From Octopus vulgaris (taxonomy: Eukaryota): 64,000 nt of DNA. This document shows positions 1-17,261 of the stretch, in pieces. The notes under the pieces were generated by a model. That model did not search any database and had not been told where the DNA came from. It saw only the letters and a list, made by a program, of their open reading frames with translations. Numbering within the stretch: position 1 is the stretch's first letter; each line of letters begins with the position of its first letter. Location: NCBI GenBank assembly GCA_951406725.2, contig CATOCA020000010.1, positions 54,991 through 118,990 on the forward strand, in the 5' to 3' direction. A program made the position numbers and the translations under genes.

Positions 1-939
1 TAGATTCCTGAATAATTCAGCATAGGTATTCTCATTTTTTGCTGATCCTTAGCTTTATGTGAACATCCACTGGGCAGCTGATTTTCACAACTGTACACAG
101 TTTCTCTTCTCTATCCCAAATCATTATATCAGGTCTATTGTGTTTACATTTTAGTGAGGTTTTCACTGGGTCATTCTACTGGAACTCCTTATTATGAGCA
201 GCTATGGCTTCTACCATACTGTGGATTCTTATTCTTTTAGCCTCAGGGTTATCCTTCCAATGGATCTCATTTTACAGTGTCTTACCTACATCATGTCTCA
301 TCGGTAGACATTTTTGACCAAATGCTTTTGATGTGGGTGATATCTTCGGTGTTAACTCCACAAAGTCTGCATCGGTTGTCACATTTTGCTGCTTTTCCAC
401 ACACACAAATCATGGGTACCTTATATCATCATTATCATCATCATTTAACATCTGTTTTCTTGGCCAGCATGGGTTTCACAGTTTGACAGAATTTGGTGAA
501 CTGCATTGAGCTTTATTATTGGATTTGGCATGGTTTCTACAGATAAGGTAATAACATTGTCTTTTCACACCAAAGGGAATTATTTTGAAGTGTGAGATAA
601 AAGATAACTTGAAGTAAGAGACAGAAAGACTTTGGTCCCAGAAGAAGGTGAGCAGTGTACATGTTGTTGTTATCATTGTTGTNNNNNNNNNNNNNNNNNN
701 NNNNNNNNNNNNNNNNNNNNNNNNNNNNNNNNNNNNNNNNNNNNNNNNNNNNNNNNNNNNNNNNNNNNNNNNNNNNNNNNNNATAAATAACACTGAAGCA
801 AAGTAACACCAAATATATAGTGCGTGTGTTTTTATTGGATATACTGGCAAAATGACCGCTCCTAAATACAACAATATCTGTTTCAACACACGATTTCACA
901 TCAAAAATCTTGCAAAACAAATATATAAACGTATGTATG

Positions 940-1040
<101 letters not shown>

Positions 1041-1403
1041 AATAGAAAAAGTGAAAAACCTACAGAAGGCTTGTTTTAAAAGGTTAAAAAATATATATTT
1101 GAGTTATTATGTCTGAAGAATGTTATACATTTTTTTCATACAATGACATAGTTTTTGAAGAAATGACCGGTTTCGCGTTCAGCTTTTCAAATTTCTTACA
1201 TCGTTATGTTTACGTTGAGGAGTGTGAAGGAGAGTGAAAGAGAGTTCCAGATAAGGGAAGTAATAAGTGATTTCTTCTGGTGTAAGGGAGATAATCGCTT
1301 AATATTTCTTGCCTTTTTTTGGAGTGAGTTTCTCTGTATAAGAATGTTGGAATGGTTAAGTTTGGGCTTGTATTTTTCAATGAAGAATGTTTCCTTGTTT
1401 AGT

Positions 1404-1610
1404 CTAATTTGTGTTGGTGTTCCGATAGCACATTGGTAAAATGGAAAGATTTAAAAATTGTGGTAGTAGTTGCTTTGCGCATTTCTCAATGTGCTCACTA
1501 AAGGGTATCATTCTGTATTCTGGATATGCAATCTGTTGTCGATGCACTGTGCATCTACGTCTGAGTGATAGTCCCGTGGACCCCACGTAGTTTTGGTGGC
1601 AAGAAATATT
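1404..1610 (-). pseudogene. GIY-YIG endonuclease fragment (Penelope-like)
   Basis: Translation ...CHQNYVGSTGLSLRRRCTVHRQQIAYPEYRMIPFSEHIEKC; truncated at the junction with the inverted arm. Confidence 0.7.
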
Positions 1611-1714
1611 AAGCGATTATCTCTCTTACACCGGAAGAAATCACTTGTTACCTCCCCTTATCTGGAACTCTCCTTCACTCTCCTTCACACTTCTCAACAT
1701 AAACATAACGATGT

Positions 1715-1754
1715 AAGAAATTTGAAAAGCTGAACGCGAAACCGGTCATTTCTT
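1715..1754 (+). ncRNA. Degenerate minimal type I hammerhead ribozyme (mirror copy on minus strand at 1158-1197)
   Basis: AAGAAAT-[TTGAAAA]-GC tgaac GC-GAAA-CCGG-TC-ATTTCTT: 7-bp stem I, palindromic ACCGGT stem III, GUC site. The CUGANGA box carries two substitutions. Confidence 0.6.
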
Positions 1755-1917
1755 CAAAAATTATGTCATTGTATGAAAAAAATTTATAACATTCTTCAGA
1801 CATAATAACTCAAATATATATTTTTTTAACCTTTTAAAACAAGCCTTCTGTAGTTTTTTCACTTTTTACTATTTTCTATATATTCAACCAACGTGCTTTC
1901 ACACACCAACTTTCTCA

Positions 1918-1970
<53 letters not shown>

Positions 1971-1975
<5 letters not shown>

Positions 1976-2610
1976 AAATAATAAGGGTAGAAAATTTAGA
2001 AAAATTTTCATACCTGTGGCTAGCATGCGTAATTAAAACAATAGACAACATATTTTCATGCATGATAGTGAACAAACAGTGAAGTATTTATGCACGAAAA
2101 AGTGACCTGTGACAGGACAACTTACATGCTGGAAAGGGCAGTCAAAATCCAAACAACGAATGAAAGTAATTTCAAAGAGAATGTAAATAAACCTATTTTT
2201 ATAGTTAACCACAAACCTGAGTTTCTTTATTAATGTGCAAATGAATCAATCTGTCATCTGTACTTCATCAGTGAGGTCGCTGAAATTAATATATAATTAT
2301 ACAGCTAATACATACCGAAAACACATGTGCGTGCTGCATACTTATACATTATACTTTCAAATCCATCACGCAAGCGCAGTTACATTCGGCAGCAAATAAT
2401 AAAATTAAAACTGCGTAACAGAAAGGATTTGAAAAAACGAAAATTTTACTGTGAAAATAATAATGGTAGAAAATTTAGAAAACATTTCATACCGATCGCT
2501 AGCATGCGTAATAAAATCAATAGACAACATATTTTCATATATAATAGTGTATAAAACAATTAAGTATTTATACACGAAATAGGTGATCTTTGACAGGACA
2601 TCACAACAAA
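1971..2610 (-). mobile_element. Probable Penelope-like partial tandem pseudo-LTR with a decayed hammerhead (2208-2277)
   Basis: Diverged ~150-bp direct repeat at 1971-2120 and 2451-2600. Minus strand reads ACCTCA-CTGATGA-hairpin-GAAA-CTCAGG-TT-TGTGGT. Confidence 0.5.
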
Positions 2611-2921
2611 ATGTACAGAAAAATCTTGGAAAATATTGTATACCGCATCAACGCTTCCTATATGGATTTACTAGAGAACATCCTAAAACCCTAAAAGCAA
2701 CCCAACAGCTCGTTTTAACACTATTACCTGCGAACAGTTACATCACTGTCCATACACATCTGGAAACTGAAATAATGTAAGAAGCAATACGGACATTACT
2801 GAAAGAATTGCGAAAAGAAGGNNNNNNNNNNNNNNNNNNNNNNNNNNNNNNNNNNNNNNNNNNNNNNNNNNNNNNNNNNNNNNNNNNNNNNNNNNNNNNN
2901 NNNNNNNNNNNNNNNNNNNNN

Positions 2922-3597
2922 TTCCCATCTGTCTTCTTTTTCCTCCTCTTCTTCTTCATATGCTAAAACTTGAAAACCGCCATTACTATTACTATTACGA
3001 TTCTGCAATTTAAATTCCCAGTTCAACTACTTTCTTCTTCAATTTCAACTCCCGCTCGATGACCGCAGCAAGTTCTTAAAAATTTATCTTACTATATTTT
3101 TTTATTCGTTGTTAATACGTTTATTCATACACTGTTACGAAAATTTAACCTTTTTTAGGCTACTTTCAAGCCTTCGCCATAACTTGATTTATCTTCCTAT
3201 CTCTCTCTCTACAATATTTAACCGCAGGCTGCCTCAAGCCGTAATCCCATCTTTTTCCCATCTGTCTTCTTTTTCCTCCTCTTCTTCTTCATATGCTAAA
3301 ACTTGAAAACCGCCATTACTATTACTATTACGATTCTGCAATTTAAATTCCCAGTTCAACTACTTTCTTCTTCAATTTCAACTCCCGCTCGATGACCGCA
3401 GCAAGTTCTTAAAAATTTATCTTACTATATTTTTTTATTCGTTGTTAATACGTTTATTCATACACTGTTACGAAAATTTAACCTTTTTTAGGCTACTTTC
3501 AAGCCTTCGCCATAACTTGATTTATCTTCCTATCTCTCTCTCTACAATATTTAACCGCAGGCTGCCTCAAGCCGTAATCCCATCTTTTTCCCATCTT
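2922..3597 (+). repeat. 333-bp tandem monomer array (~2 copies visible, runs into gap)
   Basis: TTCCCATCTGTCTTC recurs at 2922 and 3255 with near-identical units. The same unit occurs at 51047-51548. Confidence 0.9.
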
Positions 3598-3627
3598 TCA
3601 GCCATTGGCGGTGCGCCCGCCCCCCCC

Positions 3628-4100
3628 ACCCCCACCACCAATACCGTTGAACACTGTTCTCACCCCCACCACCAATACCGTTGAACACTGTTCTCACCCC
3701 CACCACCAATACCGTTGAACACTGTTCTCACCCCCCCACCACCAATACCAGTATACCCCGTTCTCTCCATCTACACCGGATACACCTTACTCATCTACAC
3801 TGGGTACGCCCTACTCCCTCCTCCTCCCCCCACTACCACTTCTCCTCATATGCTTAAGACAAGCTGCTAGCGCCATAGCTCATCAACTGCCCACCGATCT
3901 TACGCTTCCTCCTGACACTGCCTCAATCCGACCATCCCCTTTTAGTACCCTTCTCCTCATATGCTTAAGACAAGCTGCTAGCGCCATAGCTCATCAACTG
4001 CCCACCGATCTTACGCTTACTGCCTCAATCCGACCATCCCCTTTTAGTACCCTCCCGCCTCGTCAATCCGACCATCCCCTTTAGTACCCTCCCGCCTCGT
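3628..4100 (+). repeat. 5' UTR tandem repeats: 34-bp unit x~3.5 (3628-3750) and ~111-bp unit x2 plus sub-repeat (3841-4100)
   Basis: ATACCGTTGAACACTG at 3641, 3675 and 3709; TCTCCTCATATGC at 3841 and 3952. Confidence 0.9.
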
Positions 4101-4286
4101 AATATCCTACGTTTTTATTTCTTAGGAACCTACACCAACCCTTCCTGCCATCGTTCCTCCTTACCCCAACCTTCCCCACTGGTTGCTCCCCTATATTACC
4201 CGCCTCAACTGGACCTCCCCAACTCAACTCTAGAATATCTGTATTTCTTTCCTCTACCTAATTACGTTACTCAGAGACGATAACAA

Positions 4287-7200
4287 ATGTCCACTGCTAA
4301 CACCAGCTCCTGCCCACGGCGTGGTCAGGTTGGAAGAGAGATCAAAAGAAAAATACCACGAAAACTATCACCACCACTACAACCCTCCTCTTCTCAGGCG
4401 CCGAATCCCCCTGTCCCCCCCACATCTCCTTCCCAGTTTTCAGAGTTGGCACTATCAATGTTGGTACATTGACAGGCAAGTCTAGTGAGATTGTAGAGAT
4501 GCTAGAGAGAAGACAGGTTGATGTATGCTGCATACAAGAGGTAAGATGGAGAGATGCTTCGGCTAGGGTCCTCACGGGCAAGGCACTTAGATACAAACTC
4601 TACTGGCAAGGTAACGCGGAAGGTGTAGGGGTGTAGGCATTCTCCTTGCGGAGGAATGGGTGGATAAGGTCATAGAGGTTGTCAGGGTTTGTGATAGAGT
4701 GCTTAAGCTCAGGTTGGTCCTACAGAGTGGCACAGCTATGATTATCTCAGCCTATGCCCCACAAGCGGGACTACCAAATGATCAGAAGGACAACTTTTAT
4801 GATACCCTTCTGCAGGCTACTTCAAAGACTAGTAACAAGGACCTCATCTTTGTAGGTGGAGATTTTAACGGGCATGTTGGGCGGGAATCGGGTATCTTCA
4901 CTGGGGTACATGGTGGATATGGTATTGGCACCAGAAACGATGAGGGAACTAGACTACTGGAATTCTGTGATGCATGTAACCTTTCAATCTGCAACACTAA
5001 CTTCAAGAAGCCAGTCTGCCACCTTATAACTTATCAGTCAGGAGACTCCGCTAGCCAAATAGACTTCATCCTCACCAGACAACGGGATGCAGGGTTGCTC
5101 TTGAATACAAAGACCCTCCCGGGTGAAGAATGTATCCCTCAGCATAGACTAATCATCAGTGACTTTAAGCTTGAGGCCAGAAGGACTCCAAGAAACAAAC
5201 CAATCCAGAAAAGAAGGATTTGGAGGCTAAAGAACCCTTCGCATGGTCAGAAATTTAGGGACATACTCATCAAGAAATTTGATGAGAGGGAAGAGGAGCT
5301 TCAGACGTCAGACATAGAAGGTAGCTGGGAATTCCTACGGGACAGCTTGTTGAGTGCCACAGACCAAGTTTGTGGATGGTGCAAAGTCCCTTCCAGACCT
5401 AGAATTACGTGGTGGTGGAATAGTGCAGTAGATAAAGCCATCTGTGAAAAGAGACGGGCCTGGAAAGCCTGGAAGGAGGGGGCAGCAGGGAACTGTACCA
5501 GATAGCCAAAAGGGAGGCTGGGCGGCAGGTATACATTGCCAAAGATGTAGCAGAAAAGAAGAAGTTTGCCAATGTCCAGCGTCGCGAGGATCAAAGAGCT
5601 GAAGTATTTCGGATTGCCAGACAGTGTGTCAGAGAAAATAGCGATGTTATAGGAGAGAAATGTGTCCGCATGGATGATGGGGCACTTGCTTTTACTACTA
5701 GTGAAAAGAAAGAGGCTTGGAGAAGCCATTATGAAAGACTGCTAAATGAGGAGAATGAATGGGAGGAGGAGAGCCTGCCAAATGTTGACCCAGTAGAGGG
5801 ACCAGCTACCCGAATAGACAGCTCCCTTGTAGATAAGGCAATTAAGGATATGAAACCAGGCAAAGCCCCTGGCCTATCAGGAATCACTGCTGAGATGCTT
5901 AAAACAGCTGGCTATGTGGGCCATGCCATAGTCACCCGCATTGTAAACCAGGTAGTTCACAATGGAGCCATACCCAATGACTGGTGCAGCAGTACCATAG
6001 TCAACTGCTACAAGGGTAAGGGTGATGCTCTAGATAGAAATAACTACAGAGGTATCAAACTGTTGGACCAGGTGATGAAGGTCTCAGAGAAGGTCATAAC
6101 CAATCTCATTAGGGAGAGAATTTGTTTAGATGAAATGCAGTTCGGTTTTGTACCAGGTAGAAGCACCACTGATGCTATATTCCTGGTCCGACAACTGCAG
6201 GAGAAGTACCTAGCTAAAGATAAACCCCTCTACATAGCTTTTGTAGACTTGGAGAAAGCCTTTGACAGGGTTCCCCGTTCCCTTATCTGGTGGTCGATGC
6301 GGAAACTGGAGATTGAAGAATGGCTAATAAGGGCTGTACAGGCTCTATACAGAGAGGCTGTTAGCAAGGTTAGGATTGGCAACGAATATAGTGAAGAATT
6401 CCGAGTAGAAGTAGGTGTGCACCAGGGCTCAGCCCTCAGTCCCCTTTTGTTCATCATAGTACTTCAAGCAATAACAGAGGAATTCAAAACGGGATGCCCC
6501 TGGGAGCTCCTCTATGCCGATGACCTAGCTCTCATAGCAGAATCACTACCGGAACTAGAAGAGAAATTTCGGGTATGGAAGCAAGGGTTGGAATCAAAGG
6601 GCCTTAGAATAAATGTAGCAAAGACCAAAGTATTAGTAAGCAGCAAGAGGTACTCAACACACATCCCCTCGGGTAGGTGGCCCTGCTCAACCTGTAGGAA
6701 AGGTACAGGTAGAAACTCCATAAGATGCACCCAATGTAAGTTATGGACACATAAGAGGTGCAGCAACATTAAAGGGAAATTAACAGATAAGATAGCTTTC
6801 ATGTGCGGCAGATGCACAGGGACAATAGACACAACAGACACTCAGAAAACAGATTCCATCACACTCCAGGGAGAGAAACTAGAAGTAGTTGATAGTTTCC
6901 GCTACCTGGGAGACCAAGTTAGTAGCGGAGGTGGATGCACAGAGAGTATCACCACTAGAATACGAATAGCCTGGGCAAAGTTCAGAAAGCTCCTACCCCT
7001 ACTGGCAACAAAAGGCCTCTCCCTCAGAGCAAAAGGTAGATTATATGATGCATGTGTGCGAACTGCCATGCTTCACGGTAATGAAACATGGGCTGTGACT
7101 GCAGAAGACATGCGTAGACTTGAAAGAAATGAAGCTAGCATGATCCGCTGGATGTGTAGTGTCAGTGTGCACGCAAAACAGAGTGTAAGTATCCTGAGAG

Positions 7201-7661
7201 AAATGCTGGATATAAGAAGCATCAGATGTGGTGTGCAAGAGCGACGCTTGCGATGGTATGGTCATGTGCTGCGGATGGATGAAGAGAGATGTGTGAAGAA
7301 GTGCCACTCCCAAACAGTTGAAGGTATCAGGGGGAGAGGTAGACCCAGGAAGACATGGGATGAGGTGGTCAAGCATGACCTCAGAGCATTGGGCCTCACT
7401 GAGGCAATGGCGAAGGACCGAGATCTCTGGAGATATGCTGTGACTACAAAGACCCGGGCTGCTTTCTGCAGCAATTCCACATACCCCCTACCCATTCTAA
7501 GTACCCCCCTACCCATTCTAAGTACCCCCCTACCCATTCTAAGTACCCCGGATCCCCAAAGTACCCAGTACCCCGGATCCCCAAAGTACCCTGGATCCCC
7601 AAAATACCCCAATCCCCAAAGTACCCCGGACCTCGTTGCCCCCGTGCCGCTGACACGTTAA
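4287..7661 (+). pseudogene. RTE ORF (APE + RT + PHD finger), split by 3 frameshifts
   Basis: The pieces 4287-~4440, ~4439-4630, 4630-~5480 and ~5480-7661 join into one APE-RT protein. YADD is at 6513-6524 and the C4HC3 motif at 6684-6815. Confidence 0.9.
7484..7630 (+). repeat. Minisatellite (CCCCCTACCCATTCTAAGTAC x3; CCCCGGATCCCCAAAGTA variants) at the end of the RTE ORF
   Basis: Direct repeats are visible and translate as PLPILST and PGSPKY repeats. Confidence 0.85.
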
Positions 7662-7896
7662 AATGCTCGAATCCGATCGTGACGATGCCGGACCCTCCGG
7701 CCCCTGTGCAGGTGGCACGTAAAAAGCACCCAATCCACTCACGGAGTGGTTGGCGTTAGGAAGGGCATCCAGCCGTAGAAACTCTGCCAGATTCAGACTG
7801 GAGCCTGGAGCGGCCCCTGGCTTCCCAGACCCGGTCAAACCGTCCAACCCGTGCTAGCGCGGAAAGCGGACGTTAAACGATGATGATGATGATGAT

Positions 7897-8281
<385 letters not shown>

Positions 8282-8324
8282 TAATACATATATATATAAT
8301 ATATACATACATATATATATAATA

Positions 8325-11408
<3,084 letters not shown>

Positions 11409-11412
11409 TATA

Positions 11413-11464
<52 letters not shown>

Positions 11465-11475
11465 CATATATATAC

Positions 11476-11508
<33 letters not shown>

Positions 11509-11737
11509 CATATATATACATATATATATATACATATATATACATATATACATATACATATATATACATATATATATATATATATACATATATATACATA
11601 TATACATATATATATATATACATATATATACATATATATACATATATATACATATATATATATACATATATATACATATATACATATACATATATATACA
11701 TATATATATATATATACATATATATACATATATACAT

Positions 11738-12485
11738 GAGGCAGACCCAGGAAAACCTGGGACGAGGTGGTGAAGCACGACCTTCGAACTTTAGGTCTCA
11801 CTGAGGAAATGACTAGAGACCGAGTCCTCTGGAAGTGTGCTGTGCGCGAGAAGACCCGGCAGGACAAGTGAGTCCATAACCCGTGGCCTTCTACATGGGA
11901 TGGAGCCAGCCTACGTATGCATACCTTCCCTTCTTGGGACACAAAACTCTACTTGTGAAGACCTGTTGAGGCAAGTGAGGATCAGAATCGAAATCGATCA
12001 ATGGAAATTGCGGATGTGCTACCAGTGCCGGTGGCATGTCGAAACTCTGCTTGTGAAGACCCATTGAGGCAAGTGAGGATCAGAATCGAAATCGATCAAT
12101 GGAAATCGATCAATGGAAATTGCAGATGTGTTACCAGTGCCGGTGGCATGTAAGAGAACTTTCCGTTTCGCGACCGTTGCCAGCACCGCCCCGTTTCGTG
12201 TCCGTTGCCAGCCTCGCCTGGCCCTCGTGCCGGTGGCACATAAAAAGCACCATCCGTTCGTGGCCGTTTGCCAGCTCTGTCTGGCACCAGTGCGGGTGGC
12301 ACGTAAAAAGCACCCACTACACTCACGGAGTGGTTGGCGTTAGGAAGGGCATCCAGCCGTAGAAACACTGCCAGATTTGACTGGGCCTGATGAAGCCTTC
12401 TGGCTTCACAGACCCCAGCAGAACCGTCCAACCCATGCTAGCATGGAAAACGGACGCTAAATGATGATGATGATGATGATGATGA
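11738..12485 (+). mobile_element. 5'-truncated RTE LINE (second subfamily): ORF end, 3' UTR and (GAT)n tail
   Basis: [43 protein letters not shown]; the 3' terminus is shared with 7700-7898. Confidence 0.9.
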
Positions 12486-12506
12486 TATATATACATATAT
12501 ATATAT

Positions 12507-12825
<319 letters not shown>

Positions 12826-12859
12826 CATAATATATATATATACATATACATATATATAC

Positions 12860-12978
<119 letters not shown>

Positions 12979-13033
12979 CATATATATATATATACATATA
13001 TATATATACATATATATACATATATATATATAC

Positions 13034-13076
<43 letters not shown>

Positions 13077-13313
13077 TATATACATACATATATATATACA
13101 TATATATATATATACATATATATATATACACATATATATATACATATATATATACATATATATATACATATATATATACATACATATATATATATACATA
13201 TATATATACATATATATATATATATACATATATATATACATATATATATACATATATATATATACATATATATATACATATATATATACATATATCTATA
13301 CATATATATATAC

Positions 13314-13363
<50 letters not shown>

Positions 13364-13537
13364 GTACATATATATGTACATATATATATACATATATATA
13401 TATGTACATATATATATACATATATATACATATATATACATATATATATACATATATATACATATATATACATATATATGTACATATATATATACATATA
13501 TATATATATACATATATATACATATACATATATATAC

Positions 13538-13620
<83 letters not shown>

Positions 13621-13810
13621 CATATATATATACATACATATATATATACATACATATATATATATATATACATATATGTATATACATACATATATATATA
13701 TATACATATATATATATACATATATATATATACATACATATATATATATATATATACATACATATATATACATATATATATACATACATATATATACATA
13801 TATATATATA

Positions 13811-14445
13811 CTAGCAGTATCGCCCGGCGTTGCTCGGGTTTGTAAGGGAAATAACTATATAAGCATTTTTAGAGAGTTATAGCCAAAAAATAGCAAAAAA
13901 TGCATTAAAAATGGAAAAAATATGATGGTAAATTTTTTTTAAATCGTTGACTCATCGTAGACATTTTTAGAGAGTTACTTCCCTTATATAATAGCGAAAA
14001 AATGCATTAAAATGGAAAAAAACGATGGTAAATTTTTTTTTAAATCGTAGACTCATGTAGACGCTTTCTTAGCCATTTCTGTTTTGGTGTCTTCAAGCCA
14101 TGAAGTCGTTGTTCTAAAAGAACACTGGTCTCCTTGACAACGCATTACGACGTTGATTTCCTTACACTCCCTTCCCCACAGGTGCAGGTGTGAGCGTGGA
14201 CGCCAACTCCGCCGCCATCGACACACGAAAAATTATGCATTAAAATGGAATAAAAAATGATGTTAAATTATTTTTAAAATCGTAGACTCATCGTAGACGC
14301 GCGCTAATATTCAGACGGGCTCGATATGAATCACGACTATAAGATACCTGAATTTGGTTAAACTGTACCGCAAAATGTGGGAGTAGTTAGGAATCTAAAT
14401 CGAAGGGGACAGACACTCACACAACTACAGTTTTATATATATAGA
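13811..14445 (-). mobile_element. Inner simple non-autonomous Helitron (second copy 15626-16262)
   Basis: Begins A|TCTATATATATAAAACTG and ends with hairpin + CTAG. Confidence 0.8.
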
Positions 14446-14579
14446 TATACATAGCGCAGTAGTGGTGAGATATGACAGCAAAGAAAAGCATACATTCACT
14501 CTCTGCATGCAATTAGACTCGGAAAGTTCGTGAGGAACCCATTGACCCAATTTGCTGACTTTTCCGATAGCACACAGGT

Positions 14580-14815
14580 GTCAATGAATGGTTGAATGAC
14601 CAAATCCAAGCTTCTCTGCTAGTTCCTCAACAGTTACGATGATATTTTGTTCCACCAGGGTTTTCAGGATGTCCTTGTCGAGTTCTACAGATCTTTCAGG
14701 ATGAGGCTCGTCTTCTAGGCTGTAGTTTATAGCTCGGGATTTCTGGAACCACCATTGACACTGCCTTACGCTTATTGTCCAATCCCCATATACTGCATTA
14801 ATATTTCTTGTACTT
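14580..14815 (-). pseudogene. Mariner transposase N-terminal fragment (deleted copy)
   Basis: STRNINAVYGDWTISVRQCQWWFQK...LEDEPHPERSVELD...TVEELAEKLGFGHSTIH. Confidence 0.8.
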
Positions 14816-14880
14816 TGCACACATTTATATTCTGTTATTCTTTTATATGTTTCAGCCTTGAGGTTGTGGCCATGCTGGAT

Positions 14881-14916
<36 letters not shown>

Positions 14917-15143
14917 TATCTGTCTGTCTGGCTGTATGTATATATGTATATGTATGTGTGCGAACAATAATATTTTCAACAGATGTGTTGCAAATGTATC
15001 TGATTGTTCTCAAGCTTCAATACTGTGTGTGTGTGTTTGTGTGTGTGTGTGTATGTATGTATGTATATGTATGTATGTATGTATATGTATGTATGTATGT
15101 ATGTGTGTATGTATGTATGTGTGTGTATGTATGTGTGTGTGTA

Positions 15144-15180
<37 letters not shown>

Positions 15181-16397
15181 ATGTATGTATGTATGTATCT
15201 ATGAGTGTATGTTTACTTTATTACTAATTACTCTCTTCCAAGAACATTTTCACTCACTCTTAGCTCTTAGCTTCCCATACATTTTACTCATATATCTATC
15301 AGCGTCATAGACAGAATACTTTCACTTTAGTCTTCCTCAAATCACTGTCGCTATTTACTTTCATTTTATTCGTTGCCCACTGTGTGTGTGCGTTTGCGTG
15401 TGGTGTAAACCAGACTAAGAAAAGCATTTGACACACACACCAGAATGTGAGTTTTCTGTAAATTTTGCTTAATTGGAGTTTAAATTTTAAAAACTGGACC
15501 TGGCATGACGCGATGCATTGTACTCTCAAAAATGCCAGGTAAACTGTAATTGAAGAAATCCTATATTGTAGATTTGTATAACTCCCAAAGGGAGGCAGAT
15601 AAAATCTGCCTTTTATAATAAGAGACTAGCAGTATCGCCCGGCGTTGCTCGGGTTTGTAAGGGAAATAACTATATAAGCATTTTTAGAGAGTTATAGCCA
15701 AAAAATAGCAAAAAATCCATTAAAAATGGAAAAAATATGATGGTAAATTTTTTTTAAAATCGTTGACTCATCGTAGACATTTTTAGAGAGTTACTTCCCT
15801 TCTATAATAGCGAAAAAATGCATTAAAATGGAAAAAAAACGATGGTAAATTTTTTTTTAAATCGTAGACTCATGTAGACGCTTTCTTAGCCATTTCTGTT
15901 TTGGTGTCTTCAAGCCATGAAGTCGTTGTTCTAAAAGAACGCTGGTCTCCTTGACAACGCATTACGACGTTGATTTCCTTACACTCCCTTCCCCACAGGT
16001 GCAGGTGTGAGCGTGGACGCCAACTCCGCCGCCATCGACACACGAAAAATTATGCATTAAAATGGAATAAAAAATGATGTTAAATTATTTTTAAAATCGT
16101 AGACTCATCGTTGACGCGCGCTAATAGTCAGACGGGCTCGATATGAATCACGACTATAAGCTACCCGAATTTGGTTAAACTGCACCGCAAAATGTGGGAG
16201 TAGTTAGGAATCTAAATCGAAGGGGACAGACACTCACACAACTACAGTTTTATATATATAGATATACATAGCGCAGTAGTGGTGAGATGTGACAGCAAAG
16301 AAAAGCATACATTCACTCTCTGCATGCAATTAGACTCGGAAAGTTCGTGAGGAACCCATTGACCCAATTTGCTGACTTTTCCGATAGCACACAGGTC

Positions 16398-16872
16398 TCA
16401 ATGAATGGTTGAATGACCAAATCCAAGCTTCTCTGCTAGTTCCTCAACAGTTACGATGAGATTTTGTTCCACCAGGGTTTTCAGGATGTCCTTGTCGAGT
16501 TCTACAGATCTTTCAGGATGAGGCTCGTCTTCTAGGCTGTAGTTTATGGCTCGGAATTTCTGGAACCACCATTGACACTGCCTTACGCTTATTGTCCAAT
16601 CCCCATATACTGCATTAATATTTCTTGTACTTTCCGTTGCGTTGTTGTCTTTATTGAACTCATAAAGCAAAATATGCCAAATATGCTCCTTTGTTACTTC
16701 CAATATAGCTTTGAAAAAAATAGCTGTTAAAATCGAAATGCACTCTTCAAAACTTGCACTATGAATAAGGACAAGATAAAATTACTACCTGCTTTTATAG
16801 CAAGTTAATATAAGTAGTTTATCCCATTCCCCTCTGACATTTAGTTCAAGCTGTTGAAAATACCCGCATTAT
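16398..16872 (-). mobile_element. Mariner 5' fragment: leader plus N-terminal HTH ORF (16398-16703)
   Basis: MEVTKEHIWHILLYEFNKDNNATESTRNINAVYG...WFQKFR...LEDEP, typical of the Mos1-like mariner DNA-binding domain. Confidence 0.85.
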
Positions 16873-17224
16873 TATATATATATACATACATACATACATA
16901 TACACACACACTCTCTCTCTCACACACATGCACACATTTATATTCTGTTATTGTTTTATACGTTTCAGCCTTGAGGTTGTGGCCATGCTGGATCATGTGT
17001 GTGTGTGTGTGTGTGTGTGTCTATCTGTCTGTCTCTCTGTATGTATATATGTATATGTATGTGTGTGAACAATAATATTTTCAACAGATGTGTTGCAGAT
17101 GTATCTGATTGTTCTCAAGCTTCAATACTGTGTGTGTGTGTATGTGTGTGTGTGTGTATGTATGTATGTATATGTATGTATGTATGTATGTATGTGTGTA
17201 TGTATGTGTGTGTGTATGTATGTA

Positions 17225-17261
<37 letters not shown>

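Noticed and set aside
476-920. ORFs spanning N gaps (also at 2738-3026, 41188-41741, 51514-51787)
   Set aside because: Open only because of the N runs.
2922-3597. 333-bp unit as a retrozyme monomer
   Set aside because: No CUGANGA...GAAA hammerhead core found by eye on either strand.
3628-3750. 34-bp repeats of CRISPR-like length
   Set aside because: Contiguous tandem copies with no unique spacers, no cas genes, and a eukaryotic LINE UTR context.
5301-7612. Antisense ORFs over the RTE (and similar ones over the CR1 copies)
   Set aside because: Shadow frames of the RT coding strand with no independent motifs.
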